NCBI RefSeq assembly: GCF_035084215.1
Contig: NC_090328.1
Span: 5,642,001 to 5,706,000 of the forward strand
From: Heptranchias perlo
Lineage: Eukaryota
Length of the DNA stretch: 64,000 nucleotides
Direction of reading: 5' to 3'
Part shown: one piece after another, positions 36,611 to 50,100 of the stretch
How the letters are laid out: every line of letters begins with the position of its first letter
Position numbering within the stretch: the first letter of the stretch is position 1
Position numbers and translations under genes: made by a program
The notes under the pieces: model-generated
Seen by the model: the letters and a program-made list of their open reading frames with translations, nothing else
What the model was told of the DNA's origin: nothing
The model's database searches: none

Positions 36611-37031
36611 TAAGAACTAGAGCAGCAGTAGGCCATACAACCCCTCGAACCTGCTCCGCCATTCAATAAGATCATGGCTGATCTTTAACCTCAACTCCAC
36701 TTTCCCGCCCGATCCCCATTTCGCTTGATTCCTCCAGTGTCCAAAAATTTATCGATTTCAGAGTTGAATATATTCAATGATTGAGCATCCACAGCCCTTT
36801 GAGGGAGAGAATTCCAAAGATTCACAACCCTCTGAGTGAAAAAATTCCTCCTCATCTCAGTCCCAAATGGCCAACTCCTTATCCTGAGACTATGCACCCA
36901 GTTCGAGACTTTCCAGCCAGGGGAAACAGCCGCTCAGCTTCTACCCTGTCACGTCCCCTCAGAATTTTATATGTTTCAATGAGATCACCTCTCTTTCCTC
37001 TAAACTTCAGAGAGTATAGACCCTTTCCACT
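36611..37031 (-). mobile_element. Older CR1 3' end whose tail is split by the plus-strand CR1
   Basis: MRRNFFTQRVVNLWNSLP peptide; tail AAGAAAATAAGAACATAAG stranded at 33197-33215. Confidence 0.85.
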
Positions 37032-40000
37032 TAATCTCCATGGATTCAGTATCGAGGGGTAATCTCCATGGATTCAGTATCCAGGGGTAATCTCCATGGA
37101 TTCAGTATCTATGGGTAATCTCTATGGATTCAGTATCTATGGGTAATCTCCATGGATTCAGTATCTACGGGTAATCTCTATGGATTCAGTATCTATGGGT
37201 AATCTCTATGGATTCAGTATCTACGGGTAATCTCTATGGATTCAGTATCTATGGGTAATCTCTATGGATTCAGTATCTACGGGTAATCGCCATGGATTCA
37301 GTATCTATGTGTAATCTCCATGGATTCAGTATCCATGGGTAATCTCTATGGATTCAGTGTCTATGGGTAATCTCCATGGATTCAGTATCTACGGGTAATC
37401 TCTATGGATTCAGTATCTACGGGTATTCGCCATGGATTCAGTATCTATGGGTAATCTGCATGGATTCAGTATCTATGGGTAATCTCTATGGATTCAGTAT
37501 CCATGGGTAATCTCTATGGATTCAGTATCTACGGGTATTCGCCATGGATTCAGTATCTATGGGTAATCTCCATGGATTCAGCATCAATGGGTAATCTCCA
37601 TGTGTTCAGTATCTATGGGTAATCTCCATGAATTCAGTATCTACGGGTAATCTCCATGCATTCAGTATCTATGGGTAATCTCCATGGATTCAGTATCTAC
37701 GGGTAATCTCCATGGATTCAGTATCTATGGGTAATCTCCATGGATTCAGTATCTATGGGTAATCTCCAAGGATTCAGGATCCATGGATAATCTCCATGGG
37801 TTCAGTATCTATGGGTAATCTCCATCGATTCAGGATCTATGGGTAATCTCTATGGATTCAGTATCTGTGGGTAATCTCCATGGATTCAGTATCGATGAGT
37901 AATCTCGACGGATTCAGTATCTATGAGTAATCTCCATGGATTCAGTAACGATGTGTAATCTCCATGGATTCAGTATCGATGAGTAATCTCCATGGATTCA
38001 GTTTCTATGGGTAATCTCCATGGATTCAGTATCTACGGGTAATCTCCACGGATTCAGTATCTATGGGTAATCAGTATGGATTCAGTATCTATGAGTAATC
38101 TCCATGGATTCAGTATCTACGGGTAATGTCCATGGATTCAGTTTCTATGGGTAATCTCAATGGATTCAGTATCTACGGGTAATCTCCACGGATTCAGCAT
38201 CCATGGGTAATCTGAATGGATTCAGTATCAATGGATAATCTCCATGGATTCAGTATCTATGAGTAATCTCCATAGATTCAGTATCTATGGGTGATCTCCA
38301 TGGATTCAGTATCTACGGGTAATCTCCACGGATTCAGTATCTACGGGTAATCTCCACGGATTCAGTATCTATGAGTAATCTCCATAGATTCAGTATCTAT
38401 GGGTGATCTCCATGGATTCAGTAGCTATGAGTAATCTCCATGGATTCAGTATCTATGGGTAATCTCCATGGATTCAGTATCTATGAGTAATCTCAATGCA
38501 TTTAGCATCTACGGGTAATCTCCATGGATTCAGTTTCTACGGGTAATCTCCACGGATTCAGTATCTATGGGTAATCTGTATGGATTCAGTATCCATGAAT
38601 AATCTCCATGGATTCAGTATCGATGGGTAATCTCCATGGATTCAGTATCTATGGGTAATCTCTATGGATTCAGTATCCATGGGTAATCTCTATGGATTCA
38701 GTATCTACGGGTATTCGCCATGGATTCAGTATCTATGGGTAATCTCCATGGATTCAGCATCAATGGGTAATCTCCATGTGTTCAGTATCTATGGGTAATC
38801 TCCATGAATTCAGTATCTACGGGTAATCTCCATGCATTCAGTATCTATGGGTAATCTCCATGGATTCAGTATCTACGGGTAATCTCCATGGATTCAGTAT
38901 CTATGGGTAATCTCCATGGATTCAGTATCTATGGGTAATCTCCAAGGATTCAGGATCCATGGATAATCTCCATGGGTTCAGTATCTATGGGTAATCTCCA
39001 TCGATTCAGGATCTATGGGTAATCTCTATGGATTCAGTATCTGTGGGTAATCTCCATGGATTCAGTATCGATGAGTAATCTCGACGGATTCAGTATCTAT
39101 GAGTAATCTCCATGGATTCAGTAACGATGTGTAATCTCCATGGATTCAGTATCGATGAGTAATCTCCATGGATTCAGTTTCTATGGGTAATCTCCATGGA
39201 TTCAGTATCTACGGGTAATCTCCACGGATTCAGTATCTATGGGTAATCAGTATGGATTCAGTATCTATGAGTAATCTCCATGGATTCAGTATCTACGGGT
39301 AATGTCCATGGATTCAGTTTCTATGGGTAATCTCAATGGATTCAGTATCTACGGGTAATCTCCACGGATTCAGCATCCATGGGTAATCTGAATGGATTCA
39401 GTATCAATGGATAATCTCCATGGATTCAGTATCTATGAGTAATCTCCATAGATTCAGTATCTATGGGTGATCTCCATGGATTCAGTAGCTATGAGTAATC
39501 TCCATGGATTCAGTATCTATGGGTAATCTCCATGGATTCAGTATCTATGAGTAATCTCAATGCATTTAGCATCTACGGGTAATCTCCATGGATTCAGTTT
39601 CTACGGGTAATCTCCACGGATTCAGTATCTATGGGTAATCTGTATGGATTCAGTATCCATGAATAATCTCCATGGATTCAGTATCGATGGGTAATCTCCA
39701 TGGATTCAGTATCTACGGGTAATCTCCATGGATTCAGTATCCACGGGTAATCTCCATGGATTCAGTATCTATGGGTAGTCTCCATGGATTCAGTGTCTAT
39801 GGGTAATCTCTATGGTTTCAGTATCTATGAGTAATCCCATGGATTCAGCATCTATGGGTAATCGCACTGGTTTCAGTATCTATGGGTAATCTCCATGGAT
39901 TCAGTATCGATGAGTAATCTCGATGGATTCAGTATCTATGAGTAATCACCATGGATTCAGTAACTATGGGTAATCTCCATGGATTCAGTATCGATGAGTA

Positions 40001-43000
40001 ATCTCCATGGATTCAGTTTCTATGGGTAATCTGACTGGTTTCTGTATCTGTGGGTAATCTCCATGGATTCAGTATCTATGGGTAATCTCCATGGATTCAG
40101 TATCCATGGGTAATCTCAATGGATTCAGTATCTATGGGTAATCTCTATGGATTCAGTATCTATGGGTAATCTCCATGGATTCAGTATCTATGGGTAATCT
40201 CTATGGATTCAGTATCTATGGGTAATCTCAATCGATTCAGTATCTATGGGTAATCTCTATGGATTCAGTATCTATGGGTAATCTCCATGGTTTCCGTATC
40301 TATGGGTAATCGCCATGGATTCAGTTTCGATGGGAAAACTCCATGGATTCAGTATCTATGGGTAATCTCCATGGATTCAGTATCTACGGGTAATCTTCAT
40401 GGATTCAGTATCTATGGGTAATCTCAATGGACTCAGTATCTATGGGTAATCTCCATGGATTCAGTATCTATGGATAATCTCCATGGGTTCAGTATCTATG
40501 GGTAATCTCCATGGATTCAGTATCTATGGGTAATCTCTATGGATTCAGTATCTACGGGTAATCTCCATGGATTCAGTATCTATGGGTAATCTCCATGGAT
40601 TCAGTATCAATGGGTAATCTCCATGGATTCAGTATCTACGGGTAATCTCCATGGATTCAGTATCTATGGGTAATCTCCATCGATTCAGTATCTACGGGTA
40701 ATCTCCATGGATTCAGTATCTATGGGTAATCTCCATGGATTCAGTATCTACGGGTAATCTCCATGGATTCAGTATCTCTGGGTAATCTCCATCGATTCAG
40801 TATCTATGGGTAATCTCTATGGATTCAGTATCTGTGGGTAATCTCCATGGATTCACTATCTGTGGGTAATCTCCATGGATTCAGTATCCATGGGTAATCT
40901 CCATGGATTCAGTATCTATGGATAATCTGCATGGATTCAGTATCTATGGGTAATCTCCATGGATTCAGTATCTATGGGTAATCTCCATGGATTCAGTATC
41001 TATGAGTAATCTCCATGGATTCATTATCTATGGGTAATCTCCATGGATACATTATCTATGAGTAATCTCAATGGATTTAGCATTGACGGGTAATCTCCAT
41101 GGATTCAGTTTCTACGGGTAATCTCCACGAATTCAGTATCTATGGGTAATCTGTATGGATTCAGTATCCATGAATAATCTCCATGGATTCAGTTTCTATG
41201 GGTAATCTCCATGGATTCAGTATCCATGGGTAATCTCCATGGATTCAGTATCTATGGGTAATCTCCATGGATTCAGTATCTATGGGTAATCTCTATGGTT
41301 TCAGTATCTATGGGTGATCTCTATGGATTCAGTATCGATGAGTAATCTCGATGGATTCAGTATCTATGAGTAATCTCCATGGATTCAGTAACTATGTGTA
41401 ATCTCCATGGATTCAGTATCGATGAGTAATCTCCGTGGATTCAGTTTCTATGGGTAATCTCCATGGATTCAGTATCTACGGGTAATCTCCACGGATTCAG
41501 TATCTATGGGTAATCAGTATGGATTCAGTATCCATGAGTAATCTCCATGGATTCAGTATCTACGGGTAATCTCCATGGATTCAGTTTCAATGGGTAATCT
41601 CCATGGATTCAGTATCTACGGGTAATCTCCACGGATTCAGTATCCATGGGTAATCTGAATGGATTCAGTATCTATGGGTAATCTCCATGGATTCAGTATC
41701 CATGGGTAATCTCCATGGATTCAGTATCTACGGGTAATCTCCATGGATTCAGTATCTATGGATAATCTCCATGGATTCAGTATCTATGAGTAATCTCCGT
41801 GGATTCAGTATCTATGGGTAATCTCCATGGATTCAGTAGCTATGAGTAATCTCCATGGATTCAGTATCTATGGGTAATCTCCATGGATTCAGTATCTATG
41901 AGTAATCTCAATGGATTTAGCATCTACGGGTAATCTCCATGGATTCAGTTTCTACGGGTAATCTCCACGGATTCAGTATCCATGAATAATCTCCATGGAT
42001 TCAGTATCTATGGGTAATCTCTATGGATTCAGTATCTATGGGTAAACTCTATGGTTTCAGTATCTATGAGTAATCCCATGGATTCAGCATCTATGGGTAA
42101 TCTCACTGGTTTCAGTATCTATGGGTAATCTCTATGGATTCAGTATCGATGAGTAATCTCCATGGATTCAGTATCTATGAGTAATCTCCATTGATTCAGC
42201 AACTATGGGTAATCTCCATGGATTCAGTATCGATGAGTAATCTCCATGGATTCAGTTTCTATGGGTAATCTCCATGGATTCAGTATCTATGGGTAAACTC
42301 TATGGTTTCAGTATCTATGAGTAATCCCATGGATTCAGCATCTATGGGTAATCTCACTGGTTTCAGTATCTATGGGTAATCTCTATGGATTCAGTATCGA
42401 TGAGTAATCTCCATGGATTCAGTATCTCTGAGTAATCTCCATTGATTCAGCAACTATGGGTAATCTCCATGGATTCAGTATCGATGAGTAATCTCCATGG
42501 ATTCTGTATCTACGGGTAATCTCCACAGATTCAGTATTTATGGCTAATCAGTATGGATTCAGTATCCATGAGTGATCTCCATGGATTCAGTATCTACGGG
42601 TAATCTCCACGGATTCAGTATCTATGGGTAATCTGACTGGTTTCAGTATTTATGGATAATCTCTATGGATTCAGTATCGATGAGTAATCTCCATGGATTC
42701 AGTATCTATGAGTAATCTCCATTGATTCAGCAACTATGGGTAATCTCCATGGATTCAGTATCTATGGGTAATCTCCATGGATTCAGTATCTATGGGTAAT
42801 CTCCATGGATTCAGTATCTATGGGTCAGCTCAATGGATTCAGTATCTATGGGTAATCTCCATGGATTCAGTATCTATGGGTAATCTCCATGGATTCAGTA
42901 TCTATGGGAAAACTCCATGGATTCAGTATCTATGGGTAATCTCGATGGATTCAGTATCTATGGGTAATCTCCATGGATTCAGTTTCTATGGGTAATCTCC

Positions 43001-44059
43001 ATGGATTCAGTATCTATGGGTAATCTCCATGGATTCAGTATCTATGGGTAATCTCCATGGATTCAGCATCTATGGGTAATCTCCATGGATTCAGTATCTA
43101 TGGGTTATTTCCATGGATTCAGTATCTATGGGTAATCTCCATGGATTCAGTATCCATGGGTAATCTCCATGGATTCAGTATCTATGGGTTATTTCCATGG
43201 ATTCAGTATCTATGGGTAATCTCCATGGATTCAGCATCTATGGGTAATCTCCATGGATTCAGTATCTATTAGTTATTTCCATGGATTCAGTATCTATGGG
43301 TAATCTCCATGGATTCAGTATCCATGGGTAATCTCCATGGATTCAGTATCTATGGGTTATTTCCATGGATTCAGTATCTATGGGTAATCTCCATGGACTC
43401 AGTATATATGAGTAATCTCCATGGACTCAGTATCTATGGGTAATCTCCATGGATTCAGTCTCTCTGGGTAATCTCCATGGATTCAGTATCTATGGGTAAT
43501 CTCCATGGACTCAGTATATATGAGTAATCTCCATGGACTCAGTATCTATGGGTAATCTCCATGGATTCAGTATCTATGGGTAATCTCCATGGACTCAGTA
43601 TCTCTGGGTAATCTCCATGGATTCAGTATCGATGGGTAATCTCCATGGATTCAGTATCTATGGGTAATCTCCATGGATTCAGTATCTATGGGTAATCTCC
43701 ATGGACTCAGTATCTCTGGGTAATCTCCATGGATTCAGTATCGATGGGTAATCTCCATGGATTCAGTATCTATGGGTAATCTCCATGGACTCAGTATCTA
43801 TGGGTAATCTCCATGTGTTCAGTATCTATGGGTAATCTCCATGGATTCAATATCTATGGGTAATCTCCATGGATTCAGTATCTATGGGTAATCTCCATGG
43901 ATTCAGTATCTACGGGTAATCTCCATGGATTCAGTATCTACGGGTAATCTCCATGGATTCAGTATCTATGGGTAATCTCCATGGATTCAGTATCTACGGG
44001 TAATCTCCATGGATGCAGTATCGATGGGTAATCTCCATGGATTCAGTATCTCTGGGTAC

Positions 44060-44597
44060 AGATTCTACTCTTTTATTGACCAATAAAGAAACATTGGGTT
44101 GCCCTAGTGTCATCAAGCCAAATAAATTAACTAAAGTTAGAGGGGCACAACTACTAAAACTCAAATCATTTCTTAAAAAAGGAGGAAATTTAATAAATTA
44201 AATAATAATATTGTTGCTCATGTCAACTGCACCCTCCAGTGCCTGCGGTGCCCACTGGTTGTGGACGGCCTCACATGTACCAGTGAACACTGCGAGCTCC
44301 TTCTCCAGTGCATAGACAAGGCTGCGGAAGGGAGGTAGGCTGCCAGAGCGATCACCCCCATGAGCCGTGTCCAACCTGGACCTGTGGATGGCCACCTTGG
44401 CCAGGCCCAGGAACAGACACACGAGGAGCTCCTCAGACTTGCCCGTCCTCCTCCGCACCGGGTGGCCAAAGATCAGGAGCGTGGAACTGAAGTGCAGCCA
44501 GAAAGTACAGAGCAGCCCCTTCAAATAGTGGAAGAGGGGCTGCAATCTCTCGCAGTCTATGAACACGTGGTACATGGACTCACCCAGGCTGCAACAG
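44060..44597 (-). mobile_element. Tx1/L1-clade LINE 3' fragment
   Basis: Minus-strand CCSLGESMYHVFIDCERLQPLF...LGLAKVAIHRSR is a C-terminal CCHC knuckle region typical of Tx1/L1 ORF2; AT-rich 3' UTR with AATAAA. Confidence 0.75.
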
Positions 44598-44764
44598 TGG
44601 ATACACTATCTATGGGTGGTCTCCATGGATACACTATGTATGGGTAGTCTCCATGGATACACTATCTATGGGTACAGTTTCCATGGATACACTATCTATG
44701 GGTACAGTTTCCATGGATACACTACCTTTGGGTACAGTTTCCATGGTTACACTATCTATGGGTA

Positions 44765-45163
44765 TGTTGGACAAGTTGGAGAGTTAAGGATTAATAATCG
44801 AACTAACTTGTATGACTATACTTGGTGATGGAAGCAGCAGTCTTCTTTACAGAATGCACTCAACTAAGACTGTTTATGTAAATAAATCGTTCATGAAAGA
44901 ATCCAAGAACAGATCAATCAAGAAGTCTTTTTTGTGAAATATGCCTTTGAAATAGGCAAACTGAGGTGAATAAGAAGTGTAGATCTTTACAGTTAGTTGA
45001 GAGATCTCAAAAGAGAGAGTGACCTGTAACTACTCCTGAATATGGTATAGATTGATCACCCGCACTGTGTATCAATAAAGCCTGTTCCATATATTTCACT
45101 ATATAGTGTCTCGTACTTACTCGAAGCATGTTGTGGTGAACCTAAGAAGGAAGGAGGTCAACG
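44765..45163 (+). mobile_element. Solo LTR, 399 bp
   Basis: Termini TGTTG...CAACG, 5-bp TSD GGGTA (44760-64 and 45164-68), AATAAA at 45074. The satellite register is restored when it is removed. Confidence 0.85.
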
Positions 45164-46116
45164 GGGTAATCTCCATGGATACACTATCTATGGGTAATCT
45201 CCATGGGTTTAGTATCTATGGGTAATCTCCATGGATTCAGTATCTATGGGTAATCTCCATGGATACAGTACCTATGGGTAGTCTCCATGGATTCTGTATC
45301 TATGAGTAGTCTCCATGGATTCTGTATCTATGGGTAATCTCCATGGATACAGTATCTGTGGGTAATCTCCATGGATACACTCTATGTCTCTGTCGGAGGC
45401 ATCATTCTCATGCAATGTAAATTCTAGTCTCGAGAGTGATTATAAGGCCCTCTAGTGACATATTTTGGTCATTAAAGGGAATGGCAAAACTTTTACAACA
45501 TCGATAACCATTATTTTCAATATCTCAACAGCAGCCAATACCCAGTGTTCAATTCTTTTCCTAGTATCGAGGTGAATGGTGGTGTTAACCATTAGGCATT
45601 GGGAAAAGACTGAGATTGGAAAGTGAACAGGAATCTGATTGTCAATAACCCATCACTGACATGAAATTCAACTAAATCAGATTTGAATCCTAATATCCCC
45701 TGACAGGTTAACCTTTGCAGATTAAAATAGACCACAGTGAATAGAGTTGGTCTGGGAGATTAATCAGGTGCCCAATAGCTCAGTAAGCTCATGCCGTGAG
45801 GAGCTGAATTGTCCAGACCAGGAAGGGGCCAGTTTCAATCCCCGGTCTGGGCTGAGTTGGCCGATCCCAGTTGGGGCTGTGGTTGGGGAGCTCCAATTGG
45901 TCTAAGTGCTACTGGGATAGGGAGAGGGAACATTGCCCAGGGTTCCTGCTCCTGCTGGTATCCAGCGATCCCTGCTGGACGTGTACTGTGTGGTCATTGG
46001 CTCGACTGGGATGGCTCAAGTGTTTGAATCACCCGCCAACACACACTGACCAAGGCTCACCCATGAATCGGGCTTCAGGCTTTTCAAGGCAAGAGTCTCC
46101 CAGCAATATTACATAC

Positions 46117-46216
46117 CTGGTTTTGTCCCTGAGTAAAATGATCCACATCACTAAAAGGGCGAGGAGTTTCAATCCAAGTGAAATGGACAACATCGCAATG
46201 GGGAAAAGCTCTGTAA
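46117..46216 (-). CDS. Transmembrane exon of the Siglec-15-like receptor, with intramembrane Lys
   Basis: Pyrimidine tract + CAG acceptor (phase 1; alternative in-frame AG 6 nt downstream) and donor CAG|GTATGT (phase 2). Encodes TELFPIAMLSISLGLKLLALLVMWIILLRDKT; LGLKLL parallels the LGFKAL of mammalian Siglec-15. Confidence 0.82.
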
Positions 46217-46284
46217 CTGAACAGAGAATGAGAGAGATCAAATCGGAGACAAGCAAAGGTGAGAGACTAACAGTGAGAGGCACT

Positions 46285-47002
46285 GGGCTAGAAATTGGGC
46301 CGTGTAGCGGCTGGCAGCGGGTAAAGTAGGGAAGAATATGCATGGGTACGGTAGCATAGTCCTTATGTTACTGGACTAGTAATCCTGAGTATAGTGCATG
46401 GAGCAGTGGATGTGGCTAGTGGTGCAGTTGGTAGGAGATGCCACTTGACATTTGACCTCACTCACCTTGACCACTCGTGCCAAAGCATTGAACTTCTTCC
46501 TGCACTGCGTTCATGTTCATGATGCTATGCTCCTGGGCAATGACTGCCTCTCCTACTGCCTCCTACTGCCTTTTGAGCATATGTCTGGAGGGCCTCTTGC
46601 CTACCTCCACCTTGGATATAGGATGTCCCCTCCTTCTGTCCACCTCTTGCACCAAGCGCATCACTAGTGCATCAGCAGAGAACCTTGGTGCACGCACTCT
46701 CGCAGGCCTGGTACCAACTCAGATTGGCAGATTGGTGAGGTCTGGTGTGCAGATTGGAGGATGTGGGATTTAGTAGTGCACAACCTTTATTCAATGTTTT
46801 AACATAACTCAGTAGTGTGTAAATGTAGGGACAGGAGCTGCATCTGTGTTTTACGGGTGTGATGTCTGATCTCCGTTCAGACTCCGTGCAGACAGCAGAC
46901 TTATTTTTAGCAAATAACAGGTACCGGCAACCTTTAAGAGATTTTGGCAGGCTGTCAGATCGCAATACCCGCCCCGGTTTCGGGCCCGACACAATTTAAC
47001 CC
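46285..47002 (-). mobile_element. Internally deleted PIF/Harbinger-like DNA transposon remnant
   Basis: Imperfect termini GGGCTAGAAATTG / CAATTTAACCC; decayed Myb/SANT-like coding (RAPRFSADAL...LVQEVDRRR...QCRKKFNALARVVK|GTGAGT). Confidence 0.55.
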
Positions 47003-47149
47003 TCACTTAATCAAAACCTGTAGGACTGTAGGCAAGTGTGACACTCGACTGTAGGGCAGAAATATGGTGATTGACGTGATGGAGCTGAGCTAGACAAGGT
47101 ATATGGGCTGTGAATGAAGAACGACAAACGGATAGTAACAATAATATAG

Positions 47150-50100
47150 TATCTCACAGTGACAGGTTAATACTGTAGTATAGTGAGAGGTTAATACTGT
47201 AGTACTTACAGTGACAGGGTTAATACTGTAGTACTTACAGTGACAGGGTTAATTCTGTAGTACTTACAGTGACAGGGTTAATACTGTAGTACTTACAGTG
47301 ACGGGGGTATATACTATAGTACTTACAGTGATGGGGGTATATACTATAGTACTTACAGTGATGGGGTATATACTATCGTACTTACAGTGACAGGGTTAAT
47401 ACTGTAGTACTTACAGTGACAGGGTTAATTCTGTAGTACTTACAGTGACAGGGTTAATACTGTAGTACTTACAGTGACGGGGGTATATACTATAGTACTT
47501 ACAGTGATGGGGGTATATACTATAGTACTTACAGTGATGGGGTATATACTATCGTACTTACAGTGACGGGGGTATATACTATAGTACTTACAGTGACGGG
47601 GGTATATACTATAGTACTTACCGTGATGGGGTCTCTACTATAGTACTTACAGTGATGGGGTATACACTATAGTACTTACAGTGACGGGGTATATACTATA
47701 GTACTTACAGTGATGGGGCATATACTATAGTACATACAGTGACAGAGGTAAATACTCCAGTACTTACAGTGATGGGGCATATACTATAGTACTTACAGTG
47801 ACGGGGGTAAATACTATAGTACTTACCGTGATGGGGCATATACTATAGTACTTACAGTGACAGGGGTAAATACTATAGTACTTACAGTGATGGGGCATAT
47901 ACTATAGTACTTACAGTGATGGGGCATATACCATAGTACTTACAGTGACAGGGGTAAATACTATAGTATTTACAGTGATGGGGCATATACTATAGTACTT
48001 ACAGTGATGGGGGTATATAATATAGCACTTACAGTGATGGGGGTATATACTATAGTACTTACAGTGACGGGGTAAATACTATAGTACTTACAGTGATGGG
48101 GCATATACTATAGTACTTACAGTGATGGGGGTATATATTATAGTACTTACCGTGATGGGGTCTCTACTATAGTACTTACAGTGATGGGGTATATACTATA
48201 GTACTTACAGTGATGGGGTATATACTATAGTACTTACAGTGAAAGGGGTATATACTCTAGTACTTACAGTGAAAGGGGTATATACTCTAGTACTTACAGT
48301 GACAGGGTATATAATATAGTACTTACAGTGACGGGTAAATACTATAGTACTTACAGTGACCGTGGTAATTACAATAGTACTCACAGTGATGGGTAAATAC
48401 TATAGTACTCACAGTGTCAGGGGCAAATACTATAGTAGTTACAGTGACAGGGGTAAATACTATAGTACTTACAGTGACAGGGCAAATACTGTAGTACTTA
48501 CAGTGACAGGAGTAAATACTATAGTACTTACAGTGACAGGTAAATACTATAGTACTGACAGTGATGGGGTAAATACTATAGTACTTACGGTGACAGGAGT
48601 AAATACTATAGTACTTACAGTGATGGGTAAATACTATAGTACTTACAGTGACAGGAGTAAATACTATAGTACTTACCGTGACAGGAGTAAATACTATAGT
48701 ACTTACAGTGATGGGTAAATACTATAGTACTTACGGTGACAGGAGTAAATACTATAGTACTTACAGTGATGGGTAAATACTATAGTACTTACAGTGACAG
48801 GAGTAAATACTATAGTACTGACAGTGACAGGAGTAAATACTATAGTACTTACAGTGATGGGTAAATACTATAGTAGTTACAGTGACAGGAGTAAATACTA
48901 TGGTAATTACTGTGACAGGGTAAATACTATAGAACTTACAGTGACAGGAGTAAATACTATAGTAGTTACAGTGACAGGAGTAAATACTATAGTACTTACA
49001 GTGACAGGAGTAAATACTATAGTAGTTACAGTGACAGGACTAAATACTATTGTACTTACTGTGACGGGGCAAATACTATAGTACTTACAGTGACAGGTAA
49101 ATACTATAGTACTCACAGTGTCAGGGGAAAATACTATAGTAGTTACAGTGACAGGGGTAAATACTATAGTACTTACAGTGACAGGGCAAATACTGTAGTA
49201 CTTACAGTGACAGGAGTAAATACTATAGTACTTAAAGTGACAGGTAAATACTATAGTACTTACAGTGATGGGGTATATACTATAGTACTTACAGTGACAG
49301 GGTATATACTATAGTACTTACAGTGAAAGGGGTATATACTCTAGTACTTACAGTGACAGGGTATATAATATAGTACTTACAGTGACGGGGGTAAATACTA
49401 TAGTACTTGAAGTGACAGGTAAATACTATAGTACTTACAATGGTAGGTGTAAATATTATAGTACTCACAGTGAAAGGGGTATATACTATAGTACTCACGG
49501 TAGCAGGGGTAAATACTATAGTAATTACAGTGGTCAGGGTAAATACTATATTACTTACAGTGATGGGTATATAATATAATAGTTACAGTGATGTGGTATA
49601 TACTATAGTACTTACAGTGGTAGGTGTAAATATTATAGTACTCACAGTGAAAGGGGTAAATACTATAGTACTCACGGTAACATGGGTAAATACTATAGTA
49701 CTTACAGTGACAGGTAAGTACTATAGTACTTACAGTGATGGGTAAATACTATAGTACTTACAGTGATGGTTAAATACTATAGTACTTACAGTGACCGGGG
49801 TAATTACAATAGTACTCACAGTGATGGGTCAATACTATAGTACTCACAGTGTCAGGGGCAAATACTATAGTAGTTACAGTGACAGGGGTAAATACTATAG
49901 TACTTCCAGTGACAGGGCAAATACTGTAGTACTTACAGTGACAGGAGTAAATACTATAGTACTGACAGTGACGGGGTAAATACTATAGTACTTACGGTGA
50001 CAGGAGTAAATACTATAGTACTTACAGTGATGGGTAAATACTATAGTACTTACAGTGACAGGGCAAATACTGTAGTACTTACAGTGACATGAGTAAATAC

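Larger units (their letters stand above)
37032..45380. repeat. 28-bp satellite/minisatellite, about 250 copies in the main block (37032-44058), continuing around two insertions
   Basis: Unit GGGTAATCTCCATGGATTCAGTATCTAT. Confidence 0.99.

Noticed and set aside
37032-44058. CRISPR-like regular 28-bp repeats
   Set aside because: Head-to-tail units with no unique spacers, no cas genes, vertebrate context.
45590-45712. Alternative cytoplasmic exon candidate after TCTGCAAAG
   Set aside because: Weak pyrimidine tract, and the peptide has no recognisable cytoplasmic features.
47005-47107. Good minus-strand acceptor (TTCTTCATTCACAG) as a possible stalk exon of the receptor
   Set aside because: All three frames hit a stop before the GTGAGG donor; only a weak GTTTTG donor keeps the frame, and the peptide is unconvincing.
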